Shown: one piece after another, positions 52,411-64,000 of the stretch
Layout of the letters: every line of letters begins with the position of its first letter
Position numbering within the stretch: position 1 is the first letter of the stretch
Assembly: GCA_038087875.1 (NCBI GenBank)
Contig: CM075987.1
Location: 19,158,001-19,222,000 of the forward strand
Length of the DNA stretch: 64,000 nt
Direction of reading: 5' to 3'
DNA from: Malacoraja senta
Lineage: Eukaryota
Made by a program: the position numbers and the translations under genes
The notes under the pieces: generated by a model
Database searches by the model: none
Told to the model about the DNA's origin: nothing
What the model saw: the letters and a program-made list of their open reading frames with translations, nothing else

Positions 52411-52859
52411 ACAGAATTTGCTGGTAAGTTGGAGAGTACTGCAGAAATATATATTGAAGAAAAAGGATGAAGAAGAACGATATGCTGCTTGTGTTGACTT
52501 CAAACACTCCGGGGACTTTTGCTTTAAGGAAGTGCAAATTTCATTTAATATTTACATTTTTTTTTTAATGAGGAAATAATGTGAAACAAATACTTGGAAT
52601 TTTAATTTTCAATTGGAAAACTGCCTCGCTGGCATAGAATTTTAAAGCATTTCTGCTTAGATAAGGTGAAAATCTTAGAAGATCAGAAAAAAATCCAGTT
52701 CATCATAAGCCAAAGCAATGACTGTGCCTATCTTTTGATCGTCGAAACAAGTCTCAGTTATGTAGTGCCAGCCCATGGTCTGTTGCTCGGATGTTTGAAT
52801 AGGTTTCTTTCTGTTGCTATGTCATTGATATTTAGTCTGAGTGTGACATTTAGTCGGAC

Positions 52860-53214
52860 CCCTCCCATCCAGCAAACCACCTTTTCCAGTCTCTCCCTTC
52901 AGGGAGGCGCCTTAGGTCACTTGCTACAAAATCCACCCGTTTTAAAAACAGTTTCTTCCCCTCAGCAATAAGAACACTTAATTCCCTCCAATAAATTTTT
53001 GACTTTGATGTATACAGTGTCTTGTCTATGGTTTTTATCTGTTCTTTTGCACTATGTATTGTTGGTGAGATTTGTGATTTGTGATGTGCTTTATTATTAT
53101 TGTTGTTAGTGTTATTGTGCTAAAGCAGTACCATCATGTACCGAACCCAATTACCACCAACCCTGGTCGTGTGGCAAATAAAGTTTCTATTCTATTCTAT
53201 TCTATTCTATTCTA
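52860..53214 (+). mobile_element. Rex1-like LINE 3' end with (TTCTA)n tail
   Basis: LPSGRRLRSL..RFKNSFFPSAIR motif; ggcaaataaag(ttcta)n. Confidence 0.75.
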
Positions 53215-54213
53215 TTTAGATCACATCAGTTCATCTCTGGAATACAGGGGGTTGAGACCGCCCTGTATTTCAATTTTGTGTTTGTGTCCACAACACAGAC
53301 ATTGATGCATAGCACACCACAACACATAACTTGTTGCATTTTCCTTTAGCAATGCTGCAGAGTGTACTGCTAAAGCAAGTGCTGCTAAAACGGAGTTATG
53401 TTACTTGAAATCTACAAAAATATATGAAGACATTTAAGCATTGGGCACAGAAAGAATTACAATCACCAAAGTCTTGAAAAGATTCTTGATGGCAAGAGTT
53501 TGCCAACTTATTGTCTCCAGGAGAGACTGAATTAAGAAATGGAAAACGCCCAGCGTAAGGAATGGGCAATAGACTCTAGAATTCTGCTGCAAGCCAATCC
53601 GAAACAGATTGGGAGGTAACTTGGGCCAAGTATTATCTTTTTGCCTCTGTCTCATGAAACAATACTGAATTAATGCTGCCTGAAATTTGCCTAGCTCTCT
53701 CTTGAATTATTTTATTAGTTCACATCACTACTTGCAATTTATTTTACAGGCTCTCTGGAAGATGCCAGATCAGTTGCATGATATAAACTTGTGTATCTGA
53801 GTCCTGCTCGGTTTTCTTAATCTGTCATTAAATGATTTAATTGCTAGCTGATGAAATCTCTGAGTGATATGATAAATAACAGGCGTTGAAGTGTTAATTG
53901 CTTTGTTGCCCCAGCTCTATTCTTTTTGTTTTTGTAGGTGGTAAAATTAATAGGATGCTAGGCATTTTGGATCTCACTAACTTTGTGAATACTATTTTTC
54001 AAGTTGTGTTTGAATTGGATGACTGTCGAAAAGAATCAGCACCCTGTGAGCTAATTTTGTTGACGTGTATCACATAGACCTGCCTAGTCATTTGCGTGAA
54101 ACAATATTGAATCAATGCAGCCTGAAATTTGTAGGTGCATTGCTTAGGAAAACATTGTGATGCATGTGTGCATGCTACTGATGAAAAGAAATCTCCTGCT
54201 CTCGAGCATGTAG

Positions 54214-54805
54214 AGACTAATGTCCCGCGGGTTTGCGGTCATTGGCGGTGAAGCGCGGCGTCGCCGGAAGAGGGGACTGCACGGCAACCGCGAGAGCGCC
54301 GCACGGATGCTGCGTGGGGGCCGAGTGATCTCCGTACGGCCGGTTCCACGAGCTTGCGGCGTCGGTAGTGGTGATCGCGGCGCTGTGGCGGCGGCTGTGG
54401 TGGTGAAAGTTGGACTCACAGCGCTCGTGCCGCACTGGCGGCGGTTGTGGCGATGCCCGTGCCGCACACGTGCCTCACTGACGGCGGCTGTGGCGGTGCC
54501 CGTGCCGCACACTTGCCTCGCTGGCGGCGGCTGTGGCGGTGAAAGTTGGACTCACGGCGCTCGTGCCGCACTGGTGGTGGCTGTGGCGGTGCCCGTGCCG
54601 CACTCGTGCCTCACTGGCGGCGGCTGTGCGGTAGGAAAAGATTTTTCGACATTGTTGGTTTTTTGTGAGCACCGTGCGGTGTTGGGACCAACGCCGCACG
54701 GCCCCGGCAGTGTGCGTTTGACCGAACCCGCGGTCTCTGGCGGTCCACGAGCGGTAGATACTTCCTGTTTCACCGCCAATGACTGCAAACTCGTGAGACA
54801 GGCCT
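54214..54805. mobile_element. GC-rich MITE (PIF/Harbinger-like TIRs) with an internal composite minisatellite
   Basis: ~35-bp imperfect TIRs (tgtcccgcgggtttgcggtcattggcggtgaa / ttcaccgccaatgactgcaaactcgtgagaca-ggcct); TSD not clear. Confidence 0.7.
54388..54616. repeat. Tandem array of 50-nt (A) and 43-nt (B) units in the order A-B-B-A-B
   Basis: Units at 54388, 54438, 54481, 54524 and 54574 share the GCGGCGGCTGTGGCGGTG start and a CGTGCC(G/T)CACTG-like end. Confidence 0.9.
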
Positions 54806-55220
54806 TTTAAGGAACCTCTTGAAAGCTCTGAGGGTGCAATATGTCAAAGAATTTGGAACAAACTTTATCCTAGTGTAATCCATCTTCTTGAAACACAACA
54901 TGGAAAGTTTTGCAGTGTTTCATGCAATCCCCAATTCTGGCATTGAATAAAATGTTAATTGAAACTATTTCATCACCATTCTATCCTGGTAGTTTCACCT
55001 CAGGCTTCATATGTTATCAATGTGATCAACGACTGTGTTTCAATACTGTTGCAGGTCTGAAGCTGTTGTTGTAGAGTGAGCCATTGTAAAAAAAAAATGC
55101 CGTGTTTATTTAAATTACCAGTTATCCATGGAATCTGGAAGAGTGAATGAGGAACAATACTGCTGCCCAAAAGACACAAGAATCTCTAAATTTGATAGAA
55201 CAATTTAATTAATAACTTTC

Positions 55221-55843
55221 AGCAAAAAACAAACTGCTGGAGGAACTTGGTGGGTCAGGCAGCATCTGTGGAGAGAAATGGACAGATGATGTTTCGGGTC
55301 GAGGCCCCTCTTCACACTGATGGGGTAGAAGGGGATAGCTTGTGGAAAGAGGTGAGGACATTGGGTGGGGCAAGAGCTAGCAAGTGTTGGGTGGATCCAG
55401 GTAAGAAGGGATTGATTAGCAGATGAGTCGGGTGGGGGAAGCTAGGGTAGACTTAAATACTAAGACTCGAGTGGAGAAGACAAAAGGGTACAAATTGTAT
55501 CATCTGATAAGAAAGAATGTTGGGGATTGAGGAATTAATTGCAGAACTGGAGTTGGGGGGGGGGGGGGTGAGTAGAAGGGGACAGTGGTTGGCAGGGAAA
55601 AAAAATTAGGAAGCCAAAGTAGGGAGGGTTGGGTGATGAGCAGTTGGAGTCAAAGGAGGAAGGGGAAGGAACTGGGTGACAGGCAGATGAGTCGGGTCGT
55701 ATAGATAGTTACCAAGGCTGAAAGGTCTCAACCCGAAACATCGTCTGTCCATTTCACTCCACGGGTGCAGCTTGATCCGTTGAGTTCCTCCAGCAGTTTG
55801 ATTATTGCTCAAGATTCCAGCAAGTGCAGGCTCTTTTGTCTTT
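55221..55843. mobile_element. Penelope-like remnant bounded by inverted pLTRs
   Basis: aaactgctggaggaact..gtttcgggtcgag on the left and its reverse complement at ~55720-55800, around a purine-rich 3'UTR. Confidence 0.75.
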
Positions 55844-56934
55844 ATTTCATGGCATTGTTACAGGATATACATGGGCCATTCATCCTGACTGCACGAGTGC
55901 TCTAGAGTGAAATTAAACTATTGATCCAACAGGTTGTTTAACAGATGGCTGTTTTGAGGCCCTTTTGGTATCAAATAAGCTTTTACTGATTTAAAAAAAA
56001 AAATTATGAATAGTTAGTCATCAGAACATACAATGAAAAGCTTGACCAAGTGGGTAAAGTAGTTTGGTATTTCTGTTGAGATGTCACCAGTGTCCAAGAG
56101 CTGTGAGCCACTTGTTGACCATTGCCTGTTATTAAGAATAACATTTCGTACTTATGTTTTGAATCTACCAGTTGCTACTCATTTTCCACTCTTGCATTTC
56201 ATATCTGAACTTCCTTTGCCCTTACCACCACCTCCCAGCCCTCAACCTTCTGCTCAATGTCAGTAATGCAATAATCCAGCGTTTGACAATTCATTTTAAT
56301 TGAAGATGCAATCTTTGAAAACATGGTTCTTGGAAATAATAGGTTAGAACAATCAAGTATGTTTCACATGACGTTTTGTGAAATATTTCATGTTGCTCAC
56401 ATCTGTGTTTATGTTCCCTGCCAGTAATCTGAGGGTTAAAGAATAGAAAGCTGATGCTGGCACTTTTCTGAATTAGAGGATTTCTGTGACAGTGTTAGCT
56501 GCGCAGTAACAGATGTCATTGTGCCTTCCATGATTTTAAAGGAGTGAAATTCCTTTTATTTGAGTAGCTCGGTCTATAGTGCTGTTACGATACACCTGTG
56601 TTGTTCCAGAATCTTGAATGTTTTGCTATAAAAGTTTATTGTATTTCAAGCAACCCCAAGAACACTATCAATTATGTGAAGATTACAACGTATTCATATT
56701 ACCGTTTTGCGAATCTGCTATTCATAAAAAGGAGTCCCATTTTGATCCTGAGGAAACAAGTGGATACCTTTTTCGTTTTCTTGCAAGATCTGGATCTTGT
56801 TCCAAATCTACTCCTAAGCCATGCGGATACTACATCTAAACACTCAGCCCTTGGGTTTCAACAGGGCTGAGACGGCGGTTTGCAGACTTATTTATTCTAG
56901 GTCAAGACCCCGTGCAGTCTTGCTGCCAATAGAC

Positions 56935-56984
56935 ATGGAGTTGGGGCTCTATGTTCAGAAGATTAAATGCATGCAAAAGAAAAG
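56935..56984 (+). CDS. Candidate alternative N-terminal exon MELGLYVQKIKCMQKK(R), phase-2 donor (exon could start at 56901)
   Basis: gacATGG Kozak context, consensus donor AAG|GTAAGT, upstream acceptor tttattctag| at 56900; phase matches exon 2. Confidence 0.5.
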
Positions 56985-59139
56985 GTAAGTTGTTTTTGCA
57001 CAGTTAAAAAAAAAAAAAAAATGCTAACAACACTAGTATGCGTGGTGATCCATTTCAATCAATGTTTAACACATAAATCTTCACACATATTGAGGGCTTG
57101 TACTATACTGTCTGTTACTTTGACAAAATAAATCCACAATCCATAAAGGCGACCACCTCACTTAGTGTTTGCCTTTTGCTTCTCATAAAATATGTTTTGC
57201 ATTTAGAAAGACTGGGAGTATGTGGTGTTGGACATTACTGGCAATAATTAGAGAGGCCATTGAACAAAAATGAATGTTTTAACACAATCTGCTTTTAAAA
57301 TTAAATGAATTGCAGGGAAAGTGAGGATTAAGAGATTTCAAATGTTTTGCTGTTGTACATCTTCAAAAAGAGCCAATGAGCACGTAATTTCTCCAGCACT
57401 GGAGATTATGACCCACTGTGTCAGCTGTGATAATTGAAAACAAAACAAGTGTAGGTCATGGGTGCAAGACTGAAATCTAAAGGTCAAGTTGAATGCTGCC
57501 AGTCCAGTACAGGAGTGTTCCAATATTAGAGGCAACTGCTTTCAGATGAAATTATAAACTGAGACTCCATCAACTGAACATGCAAGATCCCATGGCGTAA
57601 TTTCAGATGGTTGCATGCCTGCCTTGCCCACCTATTGTTCCTAATGCTCATTGATACATTATTATCATATTTACTTGGGTACAGTGAAATTCCTTTTTTG
57701 CATGCAGTACAGTAAAAGTCTTATGGGCACAATCATACTTAAGGACAAGAGTGTAAAAATAGTAGATTACTCTGAGGTAGTCCACAAGAGTCGCCATGTT
57801 TCCAGCGCCAACTGGTATCCTTCAAGTACAGAATTATTTAAAAGGTTGGTCTGAACTTGGGCATAAAGGAGCATTGTCCTGGCAGCACTGGGTTGGAGTT
57901 GCAAGGGTGGGCCTGGCCAGGCAATGTTGTTGGTCCCCTTCTCTGCCGCTCCGTGCTTCTGCAGACGTGCCCGTTCCGTGCGCTCGGCCTCTTGGAGCAA
58001 CACCCAATCTAATTTGGTCCCAAGCTGCTACAAGACCTCCTGCGGCCCGATCCAGAGAAGTTGACCTGTGAGCACACTGTCCCTCGCTTCAGAGTCACAC
58101 TCAGCCTTTGTGCCCTCCTGCACACTAACCTTTGAAAACCAGAGCACCTCCGAGGGCAAGGGAGTTGAGCCCTCAGTATCCGCAATGGAACTGTTCATTT
58201 CCTCCATCTTCCGCCGCTGTCATCCTGAAGGATCTATCTCGAGTGTCCAGCTGCAAATTCACGCTTCTATCAATGTCAGTGACACAATTCACTTATTATC
58301 TTCACTGTTTGTGCAAACTAGCTGTGCACAAATGGACTGCTGTATTTCCTGCATTTCTAGAGGGAGATAAAGGTGAAATTAATTTTGCATTTTTCATGTT
58401 AACCTGCGGTTATAGAAGATAAATTCAAGAATTGCGTTTCATAGAAAGAAAATAAAGTTTGAAGTTTTTCTTGAATTTCATCGCTACATTTAATGCTCCT
58501 ATATTTTCCCCTTCCGAGTGTTGTAGCCACATAATGAATCGATTAACTTTAAATAACATTCCTCATCCCCAAATAATAGATTTGTAAATTATGGTTTTGA
58601 GATCTTGGATTTGTTTTGCTGTGAGGCAGATTAAGATGCTGATTTCAGTCCGTGGTTGAAAATATGTACTAATAAGCAGGATTTCACTGGAAAACATATA
58701 ATCCTATATTTGATTGCAGTTAATAAATGAGTAAAATGGAGGCAGAAATTTAGAAGTGAGTCATAAACTGTTATGAAGACAAAAAAAACACACTGGTTTA
58801 TTTCTGTTTAATTTGAGAAAATAATACCTTTCCATCTCATTTCTTTGCCTAAATTATTTATCAAAGTTTATAGACTTATTTCTCTGATTTGCAAAAAACT
58901 CAGAAAAGCAATGTTAAGGTTATACCTAACAGCAGTATTAAACAATTCTCCAAAATGAGCACACTCTGGAAAACACAAGTACCTTAGAATGATCCCCTGG
59001 TAATTATATATTTGTGCTTTGCAAGACTGCTAAACATCTAATTGTGTGGTTCTTGATGGGCCTGTCCCTTTTAGGTGAATGCAGGAGACTATGCAGTCGC
59101 CACATGTTGCGGGTGGTTGCCGGGGAGTCGCCTTCATGG

Positions 59140-59265
59140 TCGTGAGGATCCGGACCCAAAACGTTAACTGTCCATTCTCTCCATGGATGCTGTCTGATGT
59201 GCTGAGTTTCTCCTGCAGTTTGATTTTGCTCAAGAATGCAGCATCTGCACTCTCTTGTGTCTTCA
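59140..59265 (+). mobile_element. Penelope-like pLTR fragment
   Basis: gacccaaaacgttaactgtccattctctccatggatgctg..gcagcatctgca. Confidence 0.65.
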
Positions 59266-59680
59266 TTCCTGAGGCTAGAACGATATAAAACTAGATGTTT
59301 ATCTGAGAGTTTCATTGGAACAGCCTGGAAGGCAGTGATCCGAGTGATTTGGAGTTTAAATGGCAAGTGATCAGAACAGGCATTGGCTTATGGACCGAAT
59401 CAATACGTTCTGTCATTTAGAGGAGACAGCAAACATGAGCATTTAGTACAGGAGTATAACATTATTTTTATGATCTTTGCTGTTAATTTTGAACCACATC
59501 TGTGAAGTGATGCCTGCCAACAATATACCCCGTCTAAGTAGAACACGAGGATTGATTGGCACACACATTTCTTTCTTTCTATCTCTTGTAGCCAAGTTAA
59601 ATAAATCTCTAGTCAATCTGGAGCCAGGGTTTGTAAGTTGCTACGGTGATGTGAATTTCAGTGTGATTTTTAATGAGGTG

Positions 59681-59879
59681 TGTAAGATATTCCGGCTTCA
59701 GCATGTAGATAGAAACAAGCACAGGTTTTCAGTACACACTGTTGCCAATGTGGGTCTTTATTTTACAAAAGTACACTGCGCATACTCACACATTTATGAG
59801 ACTGATAAGATATTGAATATATCGCATGACACAAATCATACCATTCTAGTACTTAAAGTTACAGTTACCATTATATACA
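59681..59879 (-). repeat. 3' LTR (199 bp, TG..CA)
   Basis: Preceded on the minus strand by PPT AAGGGGAGAGTAG (59880-59892); 72/80 identical to 63921-64000. Confidence 0.92.
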
Positions 59880-59934
59880 CTACTCTCCCCTTAGAAAGTA
59901 AAATAACTTGTAAATTATACAAACACAAATAATT

Positions 59935-62900
59935 TTATAAATTTAATCTGATGATTGGTTTACGCACTCTTTCTGATCTCCTGAGTGGTTTAGGGGGAGT
60001 GTCAGGTTGTGGTTCTAAAGGAGAGTCAAGTTCAGGATCATTTACCTTTGTCTCTACTTTCTTTGGAGATTCTGCTCTTACATCTGAACTTGGAATAATA
60101 CCGAAGTCTGACAGATTTGTTTCTTCGTCTATGCTTTGCTCTTCATCCCTTGCTGGGATCATATGTTTTGTGTGCACACTTCTAACATGTCCTCCAATTT
60201 CTACCAAGTACCTCCTGGTTCCACACACTTCAACTACTGTTCCCACCTCCCATTTGTTTGCTTTGTAAGGGGGGCTGAGTACATGAACCTGATCATGTGT
60301 ATTGAACCTACGTTCTTTTTGACTTCCACCATAATGACTTTTCTGATCAGATTGTTTGCGTTTAACCTTAGGAGATAGGTTAGGTAGAACCAAACGGTCT
60401 AGTTCTGAGCTTTCTTTTCATGAGAAGTTCAGCTGGCGTATACCCTGTGGTAGATTGTGGCATGGTACGATATTTCAGTAAGAAACTAGCTAACCGCTGT
60501 GACATACTGAATTTTGAATTCCCTTCAAGAACTTCAGGTAATCCATGACACACAAAGATAGACCACAGTGCGTCTATTGTTCTTTCTGTTATGTTCGTAC
60601 CCATTTGTACCACCTCAATCCACTTTGAGTGGCTATCTACCAAAACAAGAAAACTATAATTCCCGTGTTCATAAAAATCAACATGAACCCTCTGAAAAGA
60701 TCTAGTAGGGCAGGCCTACAACTCTGACAGGTGCTACATTTGCTTGCCATTGCTTCTATGTCATTGTCCAATCCTGGCCAATACATGCAACCTCTGGCTG
60801 TAGACTTCATTCCCACAACACCTGTGTGTTCACTATGGAGTTCTTTAAGTAATCTTTGTCTTAAACAATTGGGCACAACTACTCTGTGACCCCATTTAAT
60901 ACACCCATGCTCACATGACAGTTCATGTCTTCTATTGTGATAAGAATTTAGTTCATTTGTACATGGTTTTATTTCTGGCCATCCACACAAAGTTTGTTCA
61001 TATACTTGCTTTTGCACTGTGTCCTTTTGGGTTTCAACAGCAATCTCAGCTGCTGTGACTGGAAAGTCATTGTCCACTGCTTCTGTGACGTAGATAGCAC
61101 CTTCAGTGCCCACATCTGATTCTTCATGAGGCAAACGCGACAATGCATCAGCGAAAGCATTTTCTTTTGAGCTGCGGTATTCAATGCTGTAGTCATACTG
61201 TGACAGGAGAACTGCACAACGCTGCATCCTCGAGGCTGCCATTGTAGGTATTGCTGACCAAGAATAGCGAGAAGTGGCTTATGATCAGTAACCAGGGTGA
61301 ATTTCCTACCCAACAGATACTAATTGAATTTTTTGATCCCAAAGATGATACCAAGGGCTTCTTTCTCGATTTGTGCATAATTACGCTTACTCTTGGTAAG
61401 TGTGCATGATGCAAATGCCATAGGCTTTTCTAGTCCATGTTCCATTACATGTGAAATCACAGCTCCTACCCCACAACTAGACGCATCTCAAGCTAACTTT
61501 AACTCGCGATTTGTATCATAGTAAACAAGTAATGCATTCCTGGTCAAGCTCTTCTTACATGCATCATAAGCATTTTGTTGCTCTTTGGACCATTCCCATT
61601 TTTTATCCTTGCTTAACAACTTGTGAAGAGGAGCTAGCTTTGTTAACTTGGGTAAGAAGCGTGAGTAATACTGTACCATACCCAGGAAGGAGCGGAGTTG
61701 AGACACATTCTGTGGTGTTGGTGCGTTTGCTATAGCTTCAATATTTTCCTTCACTGGCTGCAGTCCATGTTGATCCACGTTCAAACCAAGATACACTACT
61801 TCAGTCTGTAAGAATGCACATTTGCTTCTTTTCAACTTTATATTGTGATCATCAAGCCGTTTCAACACTTCACTATCTCCAGATTCTCCTCCTCAGTAAC
61901 AGTTGCAATCAGCAAGTCATCTTGATTGCTCAAACAATGTGATGTTCCTTGCAGACTCTTGTCCATTGTAGCTTGGAAGATTTTTGCTGCTGACGTCACA
62001 CCATAGGATAGTTTTGTGTAGGAATACAGCCCCATGTGTGTGTTTATCGTGATGTACTGCTGGCTCTTACAATCAACATTTAGCTGAGCATATATGCATG
62101 ACGGATCTAGCTTGCAGAATACCTTGGAACCAGCAAGTTCAGCGTATAGATCTTGTGAGGTTGGTAGTGGATACTGTTCATCATCTACTGCCTGGTTGAT
62201 GGTCACTTTGTGGTCTCCACACAATCTCACTGTGTTGTCCGCTTTTGGAACCACTACTATTGGAGTAGCTCAATCTTTGCGATCTGTTTTAACCAGTACA
62301 CCGTTTTGTTCCACCTTTTTACTTTTCAGCGAATATGGCACTGGTCACGGTCTACAGTAGACAGGTTCCACATCGGTTTGAATCCTGATGTGTGCTTGCT
62401 CACCCTTTATGCCATCGTAGCTGTCATTGAACATAGCATGATGTCTCTGCAGCAACTGATCCAGTTTTGTTTGCGCTTCGGCTTGGAATACAGATTTCCA
62501 GTCCAGTTTTTCAGTAAGTGGAGCCAATTGTTAGCCCATCAACGTTGGCCTATTGACATAACTTGCGACTATTGGCAACTTTGAAGTCTTGCCTTTGTGT
62601 TGTACATCACAAACTATCTCTCCACATGTCTCCAACACTTCTCCAGTGTATTTTTTCAGCTGAACGTTTGTTTCTGTGATAGGCATATTGCTAAACTTGA
62701 ATTCATAGGTGTCTTTGCTTATAATTGTGCAATCGGCAGCGGTATCAATACAGATTGTTCACTTTGACACTTTCTGAAAGTCTTTCTTTCCAGACCCACC
62801 GTTCGTAGTATAGATGCCGTACAGTCCAAGTTCATTACTCTCCGAGTGTTCTTCGAGGTTGTGAATCCCACACATTTGTTTTTCTCGAGCCTTTTGTTTT

Positions 62901-63695
62901 GCTTTATCTTGTGATAGTGCTCTACATGCTGATGCAATATGGCCTTTCTTTTGCCAGTTGTAGTTCTTGAACTGGCACTTATTTGCTTGTGTTGACCATT
63001 GCATCGATAGCACATATCTGCACTTTCCCAGAACTTTGCTGTGAAGGCCTTTTCCCTGTCTTGTCATGCTTGTGTTTGGAAACTGCCTTTTGACTGTTGA
63101 CTATGCCAGCATGTGTTGGTCGAAACTCATGTGCACTTTGACATGCCATCTCCATGGCCAAAGCAGTTTTGCATGCCAAATCAAAGGTTAGGGCTGGTGT
63201 GTTCAGTAATTTTGATTGGATTTGCTCATCCAGCATTGCTCATCACGCAAAGCTCGATCCAGAAATGTCTCAAAATTGCAGTGCAGACACAACTTCTTCA
63301 ATGAGATAATGTCCTCACCCAGTCTCACCAGACGTCTGGTTTCTTGTGTGAAATTTGTCACGTTCTGCTATCTCTATCGGCTTAGGGTTGAAGTGAGCAT
63401 CAAGTTTTGAAAGAGCAGTCTCAAATGAAACATTCCGTGCTTTCTCTGGGGCTAGGATGTTGGTGAGAGTTTCATAAACTTCAGGACCAATTTCAGTTAA
63501 TAGAATGGCTTTCTTTCGTTCCTGGATGGCCTTATTTTGTGCTCTTACCTGCACTTGATCATCATCCTCTGTTTCATCAGCTTCAATAATGTAATTTGCA
63601 ATAAAAAAAAATTCCATTTGCTCACAGTACAAGGTAAAGGTTTCATGGTTCTTGTTGAAAGTCCTTAGTCTGCCTTTGTATCCCAAGGACGCCAT
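59935..63695 (-). pseudogene. Gypsy gag-pol pseudogene
   Basis: Gag zinc knuckles (CYRCNGQH..KGHIASAC), protease IDTAAD, RT VRLCGDHK..YPLP..NQDD, RNaseH FTLVTDHKPLL, integrase HHCC and VDSHSKW; many frameshifts; integrase core deleted after HGLPEVL. Confidence 0.92.
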
Positions 63696-63901
63696 CTTGC
63701 CCCGTAGACACAACACAAAGATAGTCTGACAAACTAGACGATTTGTACAGCTGCTGTTTTAAACTACAGACCCATGCATAGAAGGATCTGTGGCCTTTCG
63801 TGTTCAGTTCGCAAACAACTGCAACACACTTTGTATTTGCTGTTTAAAATGTTAAACAATACTGCGTTTTGCAAAACAGTCCTGCACTGTATTTAAACTC
63901 T

Positions 63902-63919
63902 ATCCGATCCTCGTTGCCA
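63902..63919 (-). promoter_or_regulatory. Primer binding site, tRNA-Ser(GCU)-type
   Basis: TGGCAACGAGGATCGGAT one base after the LTR; 16/18 to the complement of the vertebrate tRNA-Ser(GCT) 3' end as I recall it (TGGCGACGAGGATGGGAT). Confidence 0.8.
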
Positions 63920-63920
63920 T

Positions 63921-64000
63921 TGTAAGATATTACGGCTTCAGCATGTAATTAGAAACAAGCACAGGTTTTCAGTACACGCTGTTGCCAGTGTAGGTCTTCT
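63921..64000 (-). repeat. 5' LTR (partial)
   Basis: Direct repeat of 59681-59760, adjacent to the PBS. Confidence 0.92.

Larger units (their letters stand above)
59681..64000 (-). mobile_element. Decayed Ty3/Gypsy LTR retrotransposon, Mag-like; 5' LTR runs off the window
   Basis: Two LTRs, PBS, PPT, and domain order gag-PR-RT-RNaseH-IN. Confidence 0.95.

Noticed and set aside
54388-54616. Repeat-spacer-like array resembling CRISPR
   Set aside because: Eukaryotic context, only two recurring middle sequences rather than unique spacers, no cas genes; it is a minisatellite inside a MITE.
54144-54810. Overlapping ORFs of 72-196 aa
   Set aside because: Result of GC-rich repeats lacking stop codons; no domain recognised.

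Overview
Vertebrate genomic DNA, AT-rich and dense in repeats. The repeat content (HE1-type V-SINEs, CR1/HER1-like and Rex1 LINEs, Penelope elements) points to a cartilaginous fish, probably a skate or ray (inference). The only recognisable host gene is a GPSM1/AGS3-like G-protein signalling modulator on the + strand. Seven GT-AG exons between 2170 and 21500 splice in frame into 335 codons (from MEASCLEL) of the TPR region. A 200-N scaffold gap follows at 22210-22409, and I could not find the linker or GoLoco exons in the remaining ~42 kb. That region instead holds two or three exon candidates whose phase-2 donors fit the exon-2 acceptor, which suggests a mis-ordered scaffold or a second gene copy. 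The rest is transposable elements: a full-length decayed Tc1 (IR/DR type, DD34E) plus a solo end, a hAT remnant, a hAT-type MITE rich in promoter motifs, a Harbinger-like MITE with a composite minisatellite, a young internally deleted L1 that keeps an open RT-only ORF, a decayed tRNA-Ser-primed Gypsy (Mag-like) element, and many Penelope-derived fold-back mini-elements with minimal hammerhead ribozyme motifs. No new biological system is proven; the best leads are in the findings.
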